Notes: generated by a model from the sequence alone, not told the origin. DNA of 64,000 nt from Candidatus Latescibacterota bacterium (GCA_965217865.1 CBDCJO010000002.1:160001-224000), one strand, 5' to 3'; shown: positions 7,932-19,442, counted from the first letter of the stretch. Numbers and translations: made by a program.

Positions 7932-10927
7932 CGACCGACACCAGCGAACGCGGCCTCGAACGGCTGATCTGCACGGCGCTGGCCGGGCATGCCTGTGATC
8001 CGCCGCAGGCGGGGCAGGTCTCGGAGCCGCACGCGGGTTACGGCGGCGTGGGGTGGAGCGGTGGCAGTTCGCACGACTACGACCGCGAGTTCTGCGTCGA
8101 TCGGGTCCAGCTCGCGGCATTCCTGAAGTCCACCCAGCCGGACGCCGCCGAAGCGCTGGCGCTGGACGAGGACGGTCCGACGCGGCGCAAGTTCTTGGCG
8201 CGGCTGCAGGGCGAGATCGCCAAGCGCGGCACCATCGACGTGCTGCGCCACGGCCTCAGGCACGGCGCGCACGACCTGGACATCTTCTACGGTACTCCGT
8301 CACCCGGGAACGTGCAGGCGCAGCAGCGTTTCGAGCAGAACCGCTTCACCGTCGTCCGGCAGCTTCGCTACAGCCGCGACGACACCCAACGGGCGCTCGA
8401 CATCGGCCTCTTCATCAACGGCCTTCCGGTCTTCACGTTCGAGCTGAAGAACAGCCTGACCAAGCAGACGGTGGACGATGCGGTGTGGCAGTACCAGAAG
8501 GACCGCAACCCGCGCGAGAAGCTGTTCGAGTTCGGCCGCTGCGTGGCCCACTTCGCGGTGGACGAGAGCGACGTGCGTTTCTGCACCCACATCAGGGGAA
8601 AGGCGTCCTGGTTCCTGCCGTTCAACCTGGGCTGGAACGACGGCGCCGGTAATCCGCCCAACCCGATCGGCATCAAGACCGACTACCTGTGGCGAGACGT
8701 GCTGACCCGCGAAAGCCTGACCGACATCCTGGAGAACTACGCCCAGGTGGTGGAGGCGAGGGACGAGAAGACCGGCAAGAAAAAGCGGACGCAGATTTGG
8801 CCACGCTACCAACAGCTCGACGTAGTGCGCCGGCTGCTGGCCGACGCCGCGACGCACGGGGCTGGCCGGCGCTACCTGATCCAGCACTCGGCGGGCAGCG
8901 GGAAGAGCAACTCCATCGCTTGGCTGGCCCACCAACTGATCGGACTCGCGAAGGACGACGCTTCGACCTTCGACTCGATCATCGTGGTCACCGACCGGCG
9001 CATCCTCGACCGGCAGATCCGCGACACCATCAAGCAGTACGCCCAGGTCGGCGCGACGGTGGGGCACGCGGAGCGCTCCGGAGACCTGCGCCGGTTCATC
9101 GAGGCCGGCAAGAAGATCATCATCTCGACGGTTCAGAAGTTCCCCTTCATCCTCGACGAGATCGGCAACGAGCAGCGCGGGCAGCGCTTCGCCATCATCA
9201 TTGACGAGGCCCACTCCAGCCAGGGTGGGCGCACCTCGGCGTCCATCTCGGCCGCGCTTGGGACAGCCGGTGAAGAGGCCGAGGAGGAGACCACCGAGGA
9301 CCACATCAACCGCATGATGGAGTCGCGCAAGCTGCTCCCCAACGCCAGTTACTTCGCGTTCACCGCCACCCCGAAGAACAAGACGCTGGAGATCTTCGGC
9401 GCGCCGGACCCGCAGCCCGGCGGCGCGGTCAGGCACCACGCCTTCCACAGCTACACCATGAAGCAGGCAATCCAGGAGGGGTTCATCCTGGACGTGCTGG
9501 CGCACTACACGCCGGTGTCCAGCTACTACCGGCTTGCCAAGACGGTGGAGGACGACCCGGAGTTCGACGTCAAGAAGGCGCAGAAGAAACTGCGGCGCTT
9601 CGTCGAGGGCCACGACCACGCGATCCGCCTCAAGGCCGAGATCATGGTCGACCACTTCCACGAGCAGGTCATCGCCAAGAACAAGATCGGCGGCGAGGCG
9701 CGGGCGATGGTGGTCACCAACGGCATCGAGCGCACGATCCAGTACTTCCACGCCATCCGCGACTACCTGCAGGAGCGCAAGAGCCAGTACCGGGCCGTCG
9801 TGGCCTTCTCCGGCGAGCCCGAGTTCGGCGGCGAGAAGGTGACCGAGGCGTCGCTGAACGGCTTTCCGTCCGGCCAGATCGAAGACAAGATCCAGCAGGA
9901 TCCGTACCGCTTCCTGATCTGCGTCGACAAGTTCCAGACCGGCTACGACGAGCCATTGCTGCACACGATGTACGTGGACAAGACGCTGTCTGGCATCAAG
10001 GCGGTGCAGACCCTGTCGCGCCTCAACCGGGCGCATCCGAAGAAGCACGATGTCTTCGTGCTGGACTTCCTCAACGACGCCGACACCATCCGCGACGCCT
10101 TCACCGACTACTACCGCGCGACGATCCTCGCCGGCGAGACCGATCCCGACAAGCTCCACGACCTGCAGGCGGACCTGGATGCCGCCCAGGTCTACTCACC
10201 CGAGCAGATCGACGACTTCGTCGAGCGCTACCTCGACGGGGCCGAGCGCGACCAATTGGATCCGATCCTCGACGCCTGCGTGGCGGTCTATCGGAAAGAC
10301 CTGGACGAGGACGGGCAGGTGGACTTCAAGGGCAAGGCCAAGGCATTCGCGCGGACCTACGGCTTCCTGTCGTGCGTCCTGCCCTACACGAACGCCGCGT
10401 GGGAGAAGCGCTCGATCTTCCTGAACTTCCTGATCTCGAAGCTGCCGGCGCCCAAGGAGGAGGACCTCTCCAAGGGCATCCTCGACGCCATCGACATGGA
10501 CAGCTATCGGGTCGAGAAGCGCGCGGTGCAGCAGATCCTGCTGCCCGACGAGAATGCCGAGATCGCACCCGTGCCACCGAGCGGCGGCGGCCACGTGCCG
10601 GAGCCGGAGCTGGAGCGGCTCTCGAGCATCTTGAGAGAGTTCAATGACCTGTTCGGTGCCATCGCGTGGCAGGACACCGACCGTGTGAAGGAGATGATCA
10701 CGGAGACCATTCCTTTCCGAGTAGCCCAGGACGCTGCGTTCAAGAACGCTCGCCAGAACTCCGATCAGGACAATGCTCGCATTGAGCACGCCAAGGCGCT
10801 CACTCGTGTCATGACGGCGCTAATCAAGGATGATGCCGAACTGTTCAAGCAATTCATGGACAACGACAGCTTCAAGCGTTGGATGACTGAGACCGTGTTC
10901 GGCTTGGCCTGTAAGCAGGCCAGTTGA
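7928..10927 (+). CDS. hsdR: type I R-M restriction subunit R
   Basis: D..LFINGLP..FELK nuclease motif, QHSAGSGKS, DEAH, FTATP, QTLSRLNR; 999 aa. Confidence 0.95.
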   Translation: MTTDTSERGLERLICTALAGHACDPPQAGQVSEPHAGYGGVGWSGGSSHDYDREFCVDRVQLAAFLKSTQPDAAEALALDEDGPTRRKFLARLQGEIAKRGTIDVLRHGLRHGAHDLDIFYGTPSPGNVQAQQRFEQNRFTVVRQLRYSRDDTQRALDIGLFINGLPVFTFELKNSLTKQTVDDAVWQYQKDRNPREKLFEFGRCVAHFAVDESDVRFCTHIRGKASWFLPFNLGWNDGAGNPPNPIGIKTDYLWRDVLTRESLTDILENYAQVVEARDEKTGKKKRTQIWPRYQQLDVVRRLLADAATHGAGRRYLIQHSAGSGKSNSIAWLAHQLIGLAKDDASTFDSIIVVTDRRILDRQIRDTIKQYAQVGATVGHAERSGDLRRFIEAGKKIIISTVQKFPFILDEIGNEQRGQRFAIIIDEAHSSQGGRTSASISAALGTAGEEAEEETTEDHINRMMESRKLLPNASYFAFTATPKNKTLEIFGAPDPQPGGAVRHHAFHSYTMKQAIQEGFILDVLAHYTPVSSYYRLAKTVEDDPEFDVKKAQKKLRRFVEGHDHAIRLKAEIMVDHFHEQVIAKNKIGGEARAMVVTNGIERTIQYFHAIRDYLQERKSQYRAVVAFSGEPEFGGEKVTEASLNGFPSGQIEDKIQQDPYRFLICVDKFQTGYDEPLLHTMYVDKTLSGIKAVQTLSRLNRAHPKKHDVFVLDFLNDADTIRDAFTDYYRATILAGETDPDKLHDLQADLDAAQVYSPEQIDDFVERYLDGAERDQLDPILDACVAVYRKDLDEDGQVDFKGKAKAFARTYGFLSCVLPYTNAAWEKRSIFLNFLISKLPAPKEEDLSKGILDAIDMDSYRVEKRAVQQILLPDENAEIAPVPPSGGGHVPEPELERLSSILREFNDLFGAIAWQDTDRVKEMITETIPFRVAQDAAFKNARQNSDQDNARIEHAKALTRVMTALIKDDAELFKQFMDNDSFKRWMTETVFGLACKQAS

Positions 10928-11029
10928 CGGGCTGGCCGTGAGGAACGGATCGACCGCGCACCCGTACGGTCGGATCGGTCGAACGTCTCAGCCTGTCCGA
11001 TTAGATCGCGGTTCGGCGTCGGACGCCCT

Positions 11030-11109
11030 CGGCCTGCAGCGCGTCGCGCTGCAGGTCCAGCGACTGGGAAGCCGTCCGCCTTCGAGACGCGGGCGTAGCC
11101 GATCAGCAT
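11030..11109 (-). pseudogene. serine resolvase/invertase N-terminal fragment
   Basis: MLIGYARVSKADG. Confidence 0.7.
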
Positions 11110-11419
11110 GTGTCGTAAACGGTCGTTTGCGACACACGTGCAATGATGTGGTCGCTCGCAATCTAATTGATATTTTCGAAACCAACCCGGAGGCGTGAAA
11201 CGCTGTCCGCTTTCTGAATATTCAAGGATCAGTTTCGTGGGACCAGAATCAGGATTTTGGGACGTATCTCCATGGCTGGTATTTGAGGACGCCAAACAGG
11301 TGGCAAAAATACGTGGCGGAGATTGCCAGGCGCTTCGGATACTTCCCAGCCAGCAAACCGGCATTGGTCGGTACAGGGGGGATACAATAAGGTAATTCTA
11401 ACTTTTGGGCTTGGCAGAC

Positions 11420-11585
11420 TGACCAGTATGTCAGCTTCGATATCTTCTACCCACTCGCGTTTTACGTCGTCCAGGCTCCACGTGTCAAGGTAGATCAGAT
11501 CGACGCTACCGGAGTTCATACCACGCATGATGTCCAGATTGTCGCTCGTCCACAGCGTGCGGTTCTTGAAGTTGGGTTCGCTCAT
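11420..11585 (-). pseudogene. N6/N4 DNA methyltransferase N-terminal fragment
   Basis: MSEPNFKNRTLWTSDNLDIMRGMNSGSVDLIYLD; the PPF of DPPF is missing. Confidence 0.75.
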
Positions 11586-11760
11586 GTTGGCGGTGGTGGT
11601 GTTCATACGAGCACCTCTTAGGAGGAATAAATTAGAAAAACTTTTGGAATAAAAAAAACCATTGGGAATTGTCCATAATACCCTCTATTATGTAAAGACA
11701 ATTTAGGATTGAGCACCGACGGTAGGAACTTTCCCGTGAGTCCGTTTAGGAGGAAAGGCA

Positions 11761-12003
11761 ATGCAAAAACTAAAGGATGAGTTTGAATACTACCTTGGGC
11801 ATCAATCCGAACTAGCAGAAAAATATGAGGGAAAGTATATCGTAATCAAAAACAAAAAAGTTATCGGAGTTTACGATGATCAGATAAGAGCGATTGAAAC
11901 TACAGCCAAAGAACATGATATAGGCACATTTCTTGTACAGAAATGCGATCCTGATCCAGATAGCACTATTCACACATTTCATTCACGAGCATACTTTTCG
12001 TAG
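11761..12003 (+). CDS. DUF5678-like small protein
   Basis: 80 aa, LAEKYEGKYIVIKNKKVIGVYD; strong RBS AGGAGG. Confidence 0.7.
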   Translation: MQKLKDEFEYYLGHQSELAEKYEGKYIVIKNKKVIGVYDDQIRAIETTAKEHDIGTFLVQKCDPDPDSTIHTFHSRAYFS

Positions 12004-12537
12004 ATGCAAAAACCACCAATTACAGCTTTTACGACATCTTCGAATGAACATAAAAATGTCCTTATCAACGAGGTTCAAGTTGCCGCTGCTTATAAACCTT
12101 CAGTATATTATCCTTCGCCTATATTCAAGACATATAATGGGATTTGGGATACAGGGGCGACCCAAACTGCAATAACGAAGCGTGCGGTGAATGATTGCGC
12201 CCTCAAACCTATTAGCATGTGTCAGGTTAAAGGTGTTAATCAAACCAGATTGGCTAATGTATACTTAATAAATGCCAGATTACAGAACAAGGTGGAATTC
12301 GTCGAATTGCGAGCAATAGAAGTTGACGAATTATTGGGAAAAAATGTAGATCTGTTGATTGGAATGGATATAATCGGAGAGGGTGATTTTGCAGTTTCCA
12401 ATTATCAGGGGAAGACAACTTTCACATTTCAAATGCCATCACAAGCTAAAATAGATTTTGTCAAAAAAATTCATATGGACTCGATAACGAAAGGAAAAAG
12501 GCTTCGCAAAAAACGACCTAAATCACGAAAACGATAG
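12004..12537 (+). CDS. retropepsin-like (clan AA) aspartyl protease
   Basis: IWDTGA catalytic motif and LLIGMDII; abuts the DUF5678 stop codon. Confidence 0.8.
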   Translation: MQKPPITAFTTSSNEHKNVLINEVQVAAAYKPSVYYPSPIFKTYNGIWDTGATQTAITKRAVNDCALKPISMCQVKGVNQTRLANVYLINARLQNKVEFVELRAIEVDELLGKNVDLLIGMDIIGEGDFAVSNYQGKTTFTFQMPSQAKIDFVKKIHMDSITKGKRLRKKRPKSRKR

Positions 12538-12544
12538 TCTTGTT

Positions 12545-14860
12545 CTACGCGAAGCACCCCTTGAGGAAGGACCCGAACACGTTCTCATTCTTCCGGTTGT
12601 TGTATTTGTAGCAGGCCTCGGCCACGTAGAGCGGCATGTAGTGTTTGTTGTAATGGTGATGGGAACCGTACCAGGCTCTCTTGAGCAGAGACCAGAAGCC
12701 TTCGATGGTGTTGGTATGGGTGGAACCGTCCGCGTGGCTCACGCTGTGGTTGATGACGGAATGAGGCATGAACCTTCGAACGATGTCATAGGCTTGATAT
12801 TCGTCTGAAATGAGGATCGAATCATGGGGGTTGACCGTTCTGGTGAGGAAGTCGATGATGCTTCGTCCGGTGGGTGTCTTCGGCGACGCAGGCCGTGACG
12901 TTCCCGGATCGCTCCACCGCTCCCAGGACCGGAGTCTTTTTCGTCCCGCGGCCTCTTTTTTTTTTGGTTATCGTCATCCTTGCGGTTCCTGCGTCTTCGG
13001 GGTCGTCCTCCGACGTAGGTTTCGTCCGCTTCGATGATGCCCTTGAGCAGAGGAAGCTGTCCAGAGGCCATAGCCGCTCTGGTGCGCTGTTGCATGTACC
13101 AGGCCGTAGGGTTGGTCATGTCCAGGTCACGAGCCAATTGGCAACTGGACAGGCTCTTCTTGGCATTCAGAATAAAAGATATAGCCACAAACCATTTTTG
13201 AAGCGGCATATGCGTTCGGTCAAGTCTTAAGCGTCCTGCAAAATGCAAGCCTTCAACTGGAGGTCCAGTGAGGTTCACGCAACGGCTACCATTTCAGCCG
13301 GTGGTGCGATCTGTCGTTCCTCATAGAGCAGCTGGAGCTGGAGCAGTTCGGTGGCCGTGATGTTGATATTCTGCCACCTGGCAGCGGCACGGATGAGAAC
13401 AGCATAGACGAGCTTCAGGCAACTCTTTTCGGAGAAGAATCGCGGCAATGTTTTGGTTCGGCGGCGTTCCTCGACAAAGCTGCGTTCGATCAGGTTGGTA
13501 GTGCGGGCGAACTTCCGGAGTCGCCAGGGAAGCTGGAGGTGTGCGAGGAGAGCTTCGAGGTCCTCCGTGAGACACTTGCACAGACCGGGGAACTCCTTGC
13601 TGAACTTCTCCAGAAACTCTCGCACCGCACTTTGGCCGGCCTGAAGATCCGGGGCGTCACGAATCATCACCAGATACGGCTTGATCTCATGCCAGCGCGC
13701 ATCGGGCACCTTGGCTGCAAAGTTGCGCATCCGATGCACCCAGCAGCGTCCGCGCAGACTCTTCGGCCACATCTGGTCGATGGTCTGGATAAGCCCATCG
13801 GCTCCGTCGGTCGTGACGAACAGGGGTGCCGGTAAACCACGCCGGTCGAGATCCCGGACGAACTCGAGCCATGCCTCGCCGCTTTCTTTGCTGCCCAGAC
13901 CCAGGGAGATCAGAACTTTCCGGCCGTCCAGTGTGATGCCCCAGGCGCACAGCACGGCCTCCCGGGTGATGCCGTGGGTACGAAGCGGCTCGTACAGGCC
14001 GTCCAGGAACAGGAACAGGAGAGGAAAGTCGCTGAGATCGCGTTCCTGGAAGGCCTGGTATTGTTCCCAAAGGACTTCGGTGACTTCGCTGACCTTGCTG
14101 CGGCTAAGCAGGCAACGCCCCTGCTCATCAGTGAAGGCGTCCTCGATGTCCCGGGTAGACAGTCCACGCGCGTACATCTCGGTTGCCAGGCGCTGCACCA
14201 TCCCTGAGTCGCCGCGCAGAAGATCGTAAAGGCTGCACCGGTAGGGCTCCTCTGGATCCCTGACCTGAGGAATCGCGACCTCGAGGCGGCCTTCGGCAGT
14301 ATCCAGATAGCCCGGCTCATAGCCGCTACGGTAGCCTCGACGACCTTCACCGCGTTTATACCGATCGACACCCAGGTGGTCCCGCTGATGCGCCTCAAAA
14401 CCCTCCTGGCAGATCAGCCGGGTGGACAACTGAACTAGCTGAGTCAACGCCTCCTGGGCGCTCTCGACATCCTGGAGTCCTTCGATGAACTCCTTCAATT
14501 CCTTGCGCAATCTATCACTCGGAGCTATCTTCTTCATACGGCGTGACTCCTTCCTTTTGCCCACTCGGGGCGTCGAGGTTTTTGGGGACCTCTGGAAGAT
14601 AGCTCACGCCGCTTCTTTTTGCAGGAAATCTAAGACATTACCTGCGTTCCTTGAAAAATGGTCTTGGACAGCACATTGAAGCTGGCTTTACATACGTGAC
14701 AATTCCAACGTCCGATTCTTTTTTTTCCGACTTTTTAGCCACATCCGTAAATCCGCAGAGCGGGCAGTAAGGCTCGTTTCCAAACCTGATCCTTTCAAGG
14801 TGGTCTATGCATGATTGTTGGTCTGGAAAACGGTTGAGTATATCAGATAAATTCTATGGT
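12545..14860 (-). mobile_element. IS1595-family transposase pseudogene, interrupted by IS256 and frameshifted
   Basis: N-terminal Zn ribbon (PYCPLCG...WNCHVC) at ~14650..14830 rejoins across IS256 as IFQGT|HMPLQKW; then EADETYVGG and HTNTIEGFWS. Confidence 0.85.
13218..14642 (-). mobile_element. IS256-family element, apparently intact (transposase 13275..14564)
   Basis: Imperfect TIRs GGTCAAGTCTTAAGCGTCCTGCAAAA / GGTAATGTCTTAGATTTCCTGCAAAA. 7-bp target duplication TGCGTTC (13211-13217, 14643-14649). FLDG, TTDG, RTTNLIERSF motifs. Confidence 0.93.
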
Positions 14861-15268
14861 GAACCCTCCTTACCTACAATAATCGTCCACAGGGCATCGG
14901 ATTCTCTCCGTGTGCGACTTTATTCAGGAATCCGGGCAAATTTTAATGCGGAACCTTCAGAAAGCGACCGTGGGGGGGACAGTGGAGTTGCAACAGTGGA
15001 GTTGCAACAGTGGAGTGCGAAAGTCACACGAATGGGGGGAGTTCAGGGAGTTCCTTCAAGGTGTTGTCTAATGCGGGGAGTTCCTTCAGGGTGTCGCATC
15101 AGGTCGAACGGGGGGGAAGTCCTTCCAGAGATCATCGAGCATCTTCGCCCTATCTGCTTCGAGTTCCTTCAGGGCCTTCAGGTCGAACGTGGGGAGGGGG
15201 AAGTCCTTCAGGTCATCGAGCATCTTCGCCCTCACGAGGCTTGAGTTTCGGCTTCCTTCGGCGAACCC

Positions 15269-15676
15269 TCATTTCCGGTCTCCTTTAGGTTGTGATCGAA
15301 CATCCTCGCGTGCCCGAGCTTTGGCTTCCTCGCGAGTCATTCCGCCCTCATATTCCATGATCGCCTCGCGTTCACCCAACGCCTCTTGATCTTCATCTCC
15401 CTTAAGGGGGGGTATCGTATCCGTTACAACGTTACAATCGTTATTTTTTTTGGAGTTAGGCGCAATCGTATCCGTTACAACGCAATCCTCTTGTAACGGA
15501 TAGAAAGTCTCCAAGTTACTGTTTTTATTCATTTGTAACGTTGTGTCGGATACGATACCCCCCTCTGAAGGATAGGACTTCCAAGCCCGTTCCAGTTCCT
15601 CTCGCTTGTACCCTCTCGCGGGATCTCCGACGTCGGGGCGGATCGTGCCCGGATAAACCTTGAACGGCTTGAGCAT
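15269..15676 (-). pseudogene. C-terminal fragment of a phage/satellite replication-region protein (DUF3631-like)
   Basis: LKPFKVYPGTIR...ARGYKREELERAWKSY, followed by an iteron-rich segment. Confidence 0.5.
15406..15563. repeat. iteron-like direct/inverted repeats
   Basis: ATCGTATCCGTTACAACG at 15414 and 15465; inverted TTGTAACGGATA at 15491; GGGGGGTATCGTATCCG (~15407) mirrored at 15547-15563. Confidence 0.7.
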
Positions 15677-15977
15677 GTCGGACAGGCCGCCTCAAACAAT
15701 AAAACCGGAAAATGGCTTTCCTCGAAAGGAGTTACTCGCGTGTGGTTATGGGGCCGCGTTCGGCACTATTGGAAGTGAAGTCTATGAACAGTACCGTCTT
15801 ATCGATGCTGTCTATTCCCTCTTCAATTACACAGCTCGGCTTCAGAATCCCGAGAATGCGCTACAGGCCTTAATTTCATGACTTTTCCGAACTCAAGAAG
15901 CTGGGTCCGAGTAAGTAACTCCTTACCATGAGGTGAAAATGGCTAACCAAGATCAGGATCGGAAGCCGGGAGGGCGC

Positions 15978-16774
15978 ATGAACGAGACGCTGGAGGCGAT
16001 GGCCCGGGTGCTGTTCAAGTCCTGGTTCGTCGATTTCGACCCGGTCCGCGCCAAGATGGAAGGCCGCGACCCCGGCCTGCCCCAAGACCTTGCCGATCTG
16101 TTTCCCGACAGGCTCGTGGACTCGGAATTGGGGCAGATCCCGGAGGGGTGGGGGGCGGGCTGCCTCGCCGATATCGCCATCGCCCCACGGCGGGGAGTCG
16201 ATCCTGCGAACCTGCGCAACGAAATGCCCTATATCGGCCTGGAGCACATGCCCCGCCGCTCAATCGCTCTCACAGAATGGGAAGGTGCCGGGAAGGTTAC
16301 GGGCAGCAAGTCCATCTTTAATAAAGGCTTCTGTACGGCAAGCTCAGACCATACTTCCACAAGGCCGGTATCGCGCCGATGAACGGCATCTGCTCCACCG
16401 ACATCGTTGTTGTGGTACCCAAACTCATTGAGTGGTCCGCATTCGTGTTGGCCTGCATCTCCTCGGTCGAGTTCGTCACCTACACGGATCAGACCTCAAC
16501 CGGTACGAAAATGCCGCGAACGAGTTGGAAAACCATGAGCCTCTACCCACTGTGCCTTCCTGCCAAGTCCGTTGCACGGGCTTTCCAGAATGACGCGCGA
16601 CCGATTATAGGCCGTATTGTCGCCAATATTCACGAGAGCCGTACTCTCGTCGCTCTACGCGACACGCTGTTGCCGAAGCTGGTGTCGGGAGAACTACGGT
16701 TGGCGAACGTTGATATTGTCAGGGGTCGACGTCAGACACCCGCGGCGAGAGCAACCCAGCAGGTATCACCATGA
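15978..16774 (+). pseudogene. hsdS: orphan type I hsdS C-terminal half, frameshifted
   Basis: [20 protein letters not shown]...IPEGW; frameshift near 16330; ends LRDTLLPKLVSGELR. Confidence 0.85.
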
Positions 16775-16971
16775 ACAATAAACCAAAAACTGCGAACGTT
16801 GAAGAAATCACCAAGACATTTAGAGACCTGGGGCTGGATGACCCGGAACTGCGACGTCGCCTCAAAGAGTTCTCTGAACCGAGCAAATGGGCCGCACGAG
16901 TGAATAGGCGCTACTACGCTCTTAGTACTCGAAACAACACCGCGCAAGATGTGGAGGAACGCAATGCCTAA
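16771..16971 (+). CDS. small hypothetical protein coupled to the downstream protease
   Basis: 66 aa, overlaps both neighbours. Confidence 0.5.
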   Translation: MNNKPKTANVEEITKTFRDLGLDDPELRRRLKEFSEPSKWAARVNRRYYALSTRNNTAQDVEERNA

Positions 16972-17923
16972 CTGGAATCAGCTGCTGGACGAATTTCGTG
17001 CCGGGAGTATATATGATGTGATTCGGCGCCGATATCTCACCAAGATCGGCAAAACAACTGGTCGCAACGTGATCCTCTACTATTCAGGTTGGCTCCAGAA
17101 AGGGAATGTTCCGGGCGTCGAAATAAACGACGACGACAAGAACGGGTTCATGACTGTCATTCACGAATTGGACAGGAAGCTCGGCCTCGACCTTGTCCTG
17201 CACACGCCCGGCGGCGATTCAGCAGCCACGGAATCCGTCGTAGACTATCTGCGTTCAATGTTCAGCACTGATATTCGAGCGATCATTCCCCAGCTCGCCA
17301 TGTCCGGAGGCACCATGATTGCGTGTGCCTGCAAGGAGATACTAATGGGCAAGCAGTCGAGCCTCGGACCAATAGATCCTCAATTCCGAGGTATTCCGGC
17401 CCACGGATTGGTGGAGGAGTTTAACCGCGCAAAGAAGGAAGTCAACGAAGACAATTCCACGATTCCAATATGGCAACCTATTATCGCGAAGTACAATCCG
17501 ACCTTAATTGGAGAGTGCGAGAAGGCAATCGCATGGTCCAACGAAATGACAGATGAGTGGCTCCGCTCCGGCATGTTCGCGCAAGATGCGAGCCCCGACC
17601 CAAAAATTCCGAAGATACTTGAGGAACTGGGAGATCACGCACTTACGAAATCGCATGCTCGGCATTTGTCCATAGAACGGTGCCGGGACATGGGCCTGAA
17701 AGTCATTGCACTCGAGGATGATCAAGATCTGCAGGACTCTGTGTTGTCATTGCATCATGCCTGTATGCTCACCTTTACGGCAACTCCGGCATTTAAAGTT
17801 ATCGAAAACCAGCGAGGCATTGCGTTCATCAAGATCGCACAGCCAGTTGTGATTTCCGGGCAGCCGATGGCGAACCCGGAAGTGGATAAATTACCAGTGA
17901 AACAACCGGAAGATTCTCGATGA
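16964..17923 (+). CDS. SDH-family ClpP-fold serine protease (S49-like)
   Basis: LVLHTPGG, AMSGGT (Ser), SLGPIDPQ (Asp), SHARH (His); RBS GGAGG before ATG 16964. Confidence 0.85.
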   Translation: MPNWNQLLDEFRAGSIYDVIRRRYLTKIGKTTGRNVILYYSGWLQKGNVPGVEINDDDKNGFMTVIHELDRKLGLDLVLHTPGGDSAATESVVDYLRSMFSTDIRAIIPQLAMSGGTMIACACKEILMGKQSSLGPIDPQFRGIPAHGLVEEFNRAKKEVNEDNSTIPIWQPIIAKYNPTLIGECEKAIAWSNEMTDEWLRSGMFAQDASPDPKIPKILEELGDHALTKSHARHLSIERCRDMGLKVIALEDDQDLQDSVLSLHHACMLTFTATPAFKVIENQRGIAFIKIAQPVVISGQPMANPEVDKLPVKQPEDSR

Positions 17924-18109
17924 CTTCACACGCGTGGCGTGGAACTGGGAGGCGATCATTGTAACCCGCCAAGTCTGGGTCAAGATGACACTCAGCGGCT
18001 TCGGTGTGAGGTCTGTGGAAAAGCACTCGAAGTTCGGTAGTGGGTGGGCAACTTCCTACTGCGGAAGTGTAACCTCGGGTAGACGATGTTTGAAGATAGA
18101 CGCGCCAGC

Positions 18110-18450
18110 ATGTCTGGTTCGAACGGCGCCCCGGGGTCGGTCTTGGTCTTCTCGATCAGATTGTCAAGCGGGTCCGGCTCGGGTTCGCCGGCGCGCTGCT
18201 CGATGTAGTCCGCAACGTCAACGCCTTCCTCGATGGCGTCGGCAACGTCCCATCCGTCTTTGCGGTCGGGCTCGGGCTTGACGATCTGCACGGCTTCCGC
18301 CTTGGCTTTCGATGCGGTCCCCGTAAGATTGGCCATCGCCTTGCGGCCAGGATCGTCCGCATCCGGCCACAAGATCACGTGACGGCCTTCGAGGCAATGC
18401 CAATCGGTTTTATGGACGGCTCCCGTTCCGCCCATCCAGGAGAGCACGTC
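18110..18450 (-). pseudogene. TOPRIM primase fragment (phage/satellite)
   Basis: SWMGGTGAVHKTDW..LEGRHVILWPDADDPG...GWDVAD. Confidence 0.75.
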
Positions 18451-18720
18451 CGAGCGCCGGATGCGGGCAAACCGCATGTCCGGTTCGACGAGCGTGACGG
18501 GCAACGAGGCTGAGGGGTCCAGTTCTTGACCAACTTCGACGGAATCAGCGCAAAGATCAGGCGGGCGGACGATCACAGGGGACGCGGCAACACAAAACGG
18601 GCGGCACGGCACAGACGGCAAACTGGGCGAAGTGAGAGAAGTAAAGGTGGACTATCGCTATGAGAAGGAACTCGTTGCGCCGGATGGCTTCCGAGCCGAA
18701 CGCGCACATGTCCCCCCCCT

Positions 18721-18858
18721 CAACCCGTGGCACCGTGGCAAGTGTTGAAAAACAAGAAGTTGTGAGTGTTTCAACTCGTGGCATGGATGGTACGGTGCCA
18801 CGGGTTAAAGATCGCGCAATCCCTCGTAAACAAAAGGATGCCACGGTGCCACGGGTTG
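18721..18858. repeat. iteron-like repeats
   Basis: CAACCCGTGGCACC (18721), CAACTCGTGGCA (18772), inverted GGTGCCACGGGTT (18794, 18845). Confidence 0.65.
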
Positions 18859-19442
18859 AACCCCCCCCCCAAGAGCGACTCCTGCGTAAAGAACACTTGT
18901 GACGAAGACCAAAAGGCGTTAGCTCGGGTTCGCGAGATACTCGGCTAGCGGAGATCTAAAACCCGAGACAACCACGAATCGCACCCCCCCACGGGTGCGA
19001 TTTTTGTGTTCAGTCGAAGGCAGTTACGACCGGTGAAGGTCCCGGGCCAAAATCCTGCCTCGAGGTCCAGACTGCAAATTCCCCCCAGTTGGGGAAATTC
19101 GAATCCCAAAAACGGCTCCTAAGGCCCGATCGCCCGAAGGCGCACCCCAAACCCTACCCCCGGAGTCGGAGATGATTACACCGTGCCCATTCCTGTCGGT
19201 GTGTGCGCCTTCCAGAGCGAAGGCCGAGGGGATCCCGGCGCCGTTGACCAGGCGGACGGCTTCGGCCAGGCTGTTCCACTTTCTCATGTGTTCCATTTTC
19301 TCGGCCTTCGCCCTCCATTCCAGGCTGTACCGGTCCTTCATATGGTTTCCGCCTCGACGGTGCGGGCGTAATTACGATATATCCTTTCAATACGGCATGT
19401 TACGTCTGACGAACAGAGAATGGTTCCGGGGAAAGGATCATA

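Noticed and set aside
8300-10159. 619-aa minus-strand ORF and similar long antisense ORFs over hsdM/hsdR (e.g. 4027..5034, 61894..62646)
   Set aside because: Shadow ORFs caused by high-GC codon bias on the coding strand.
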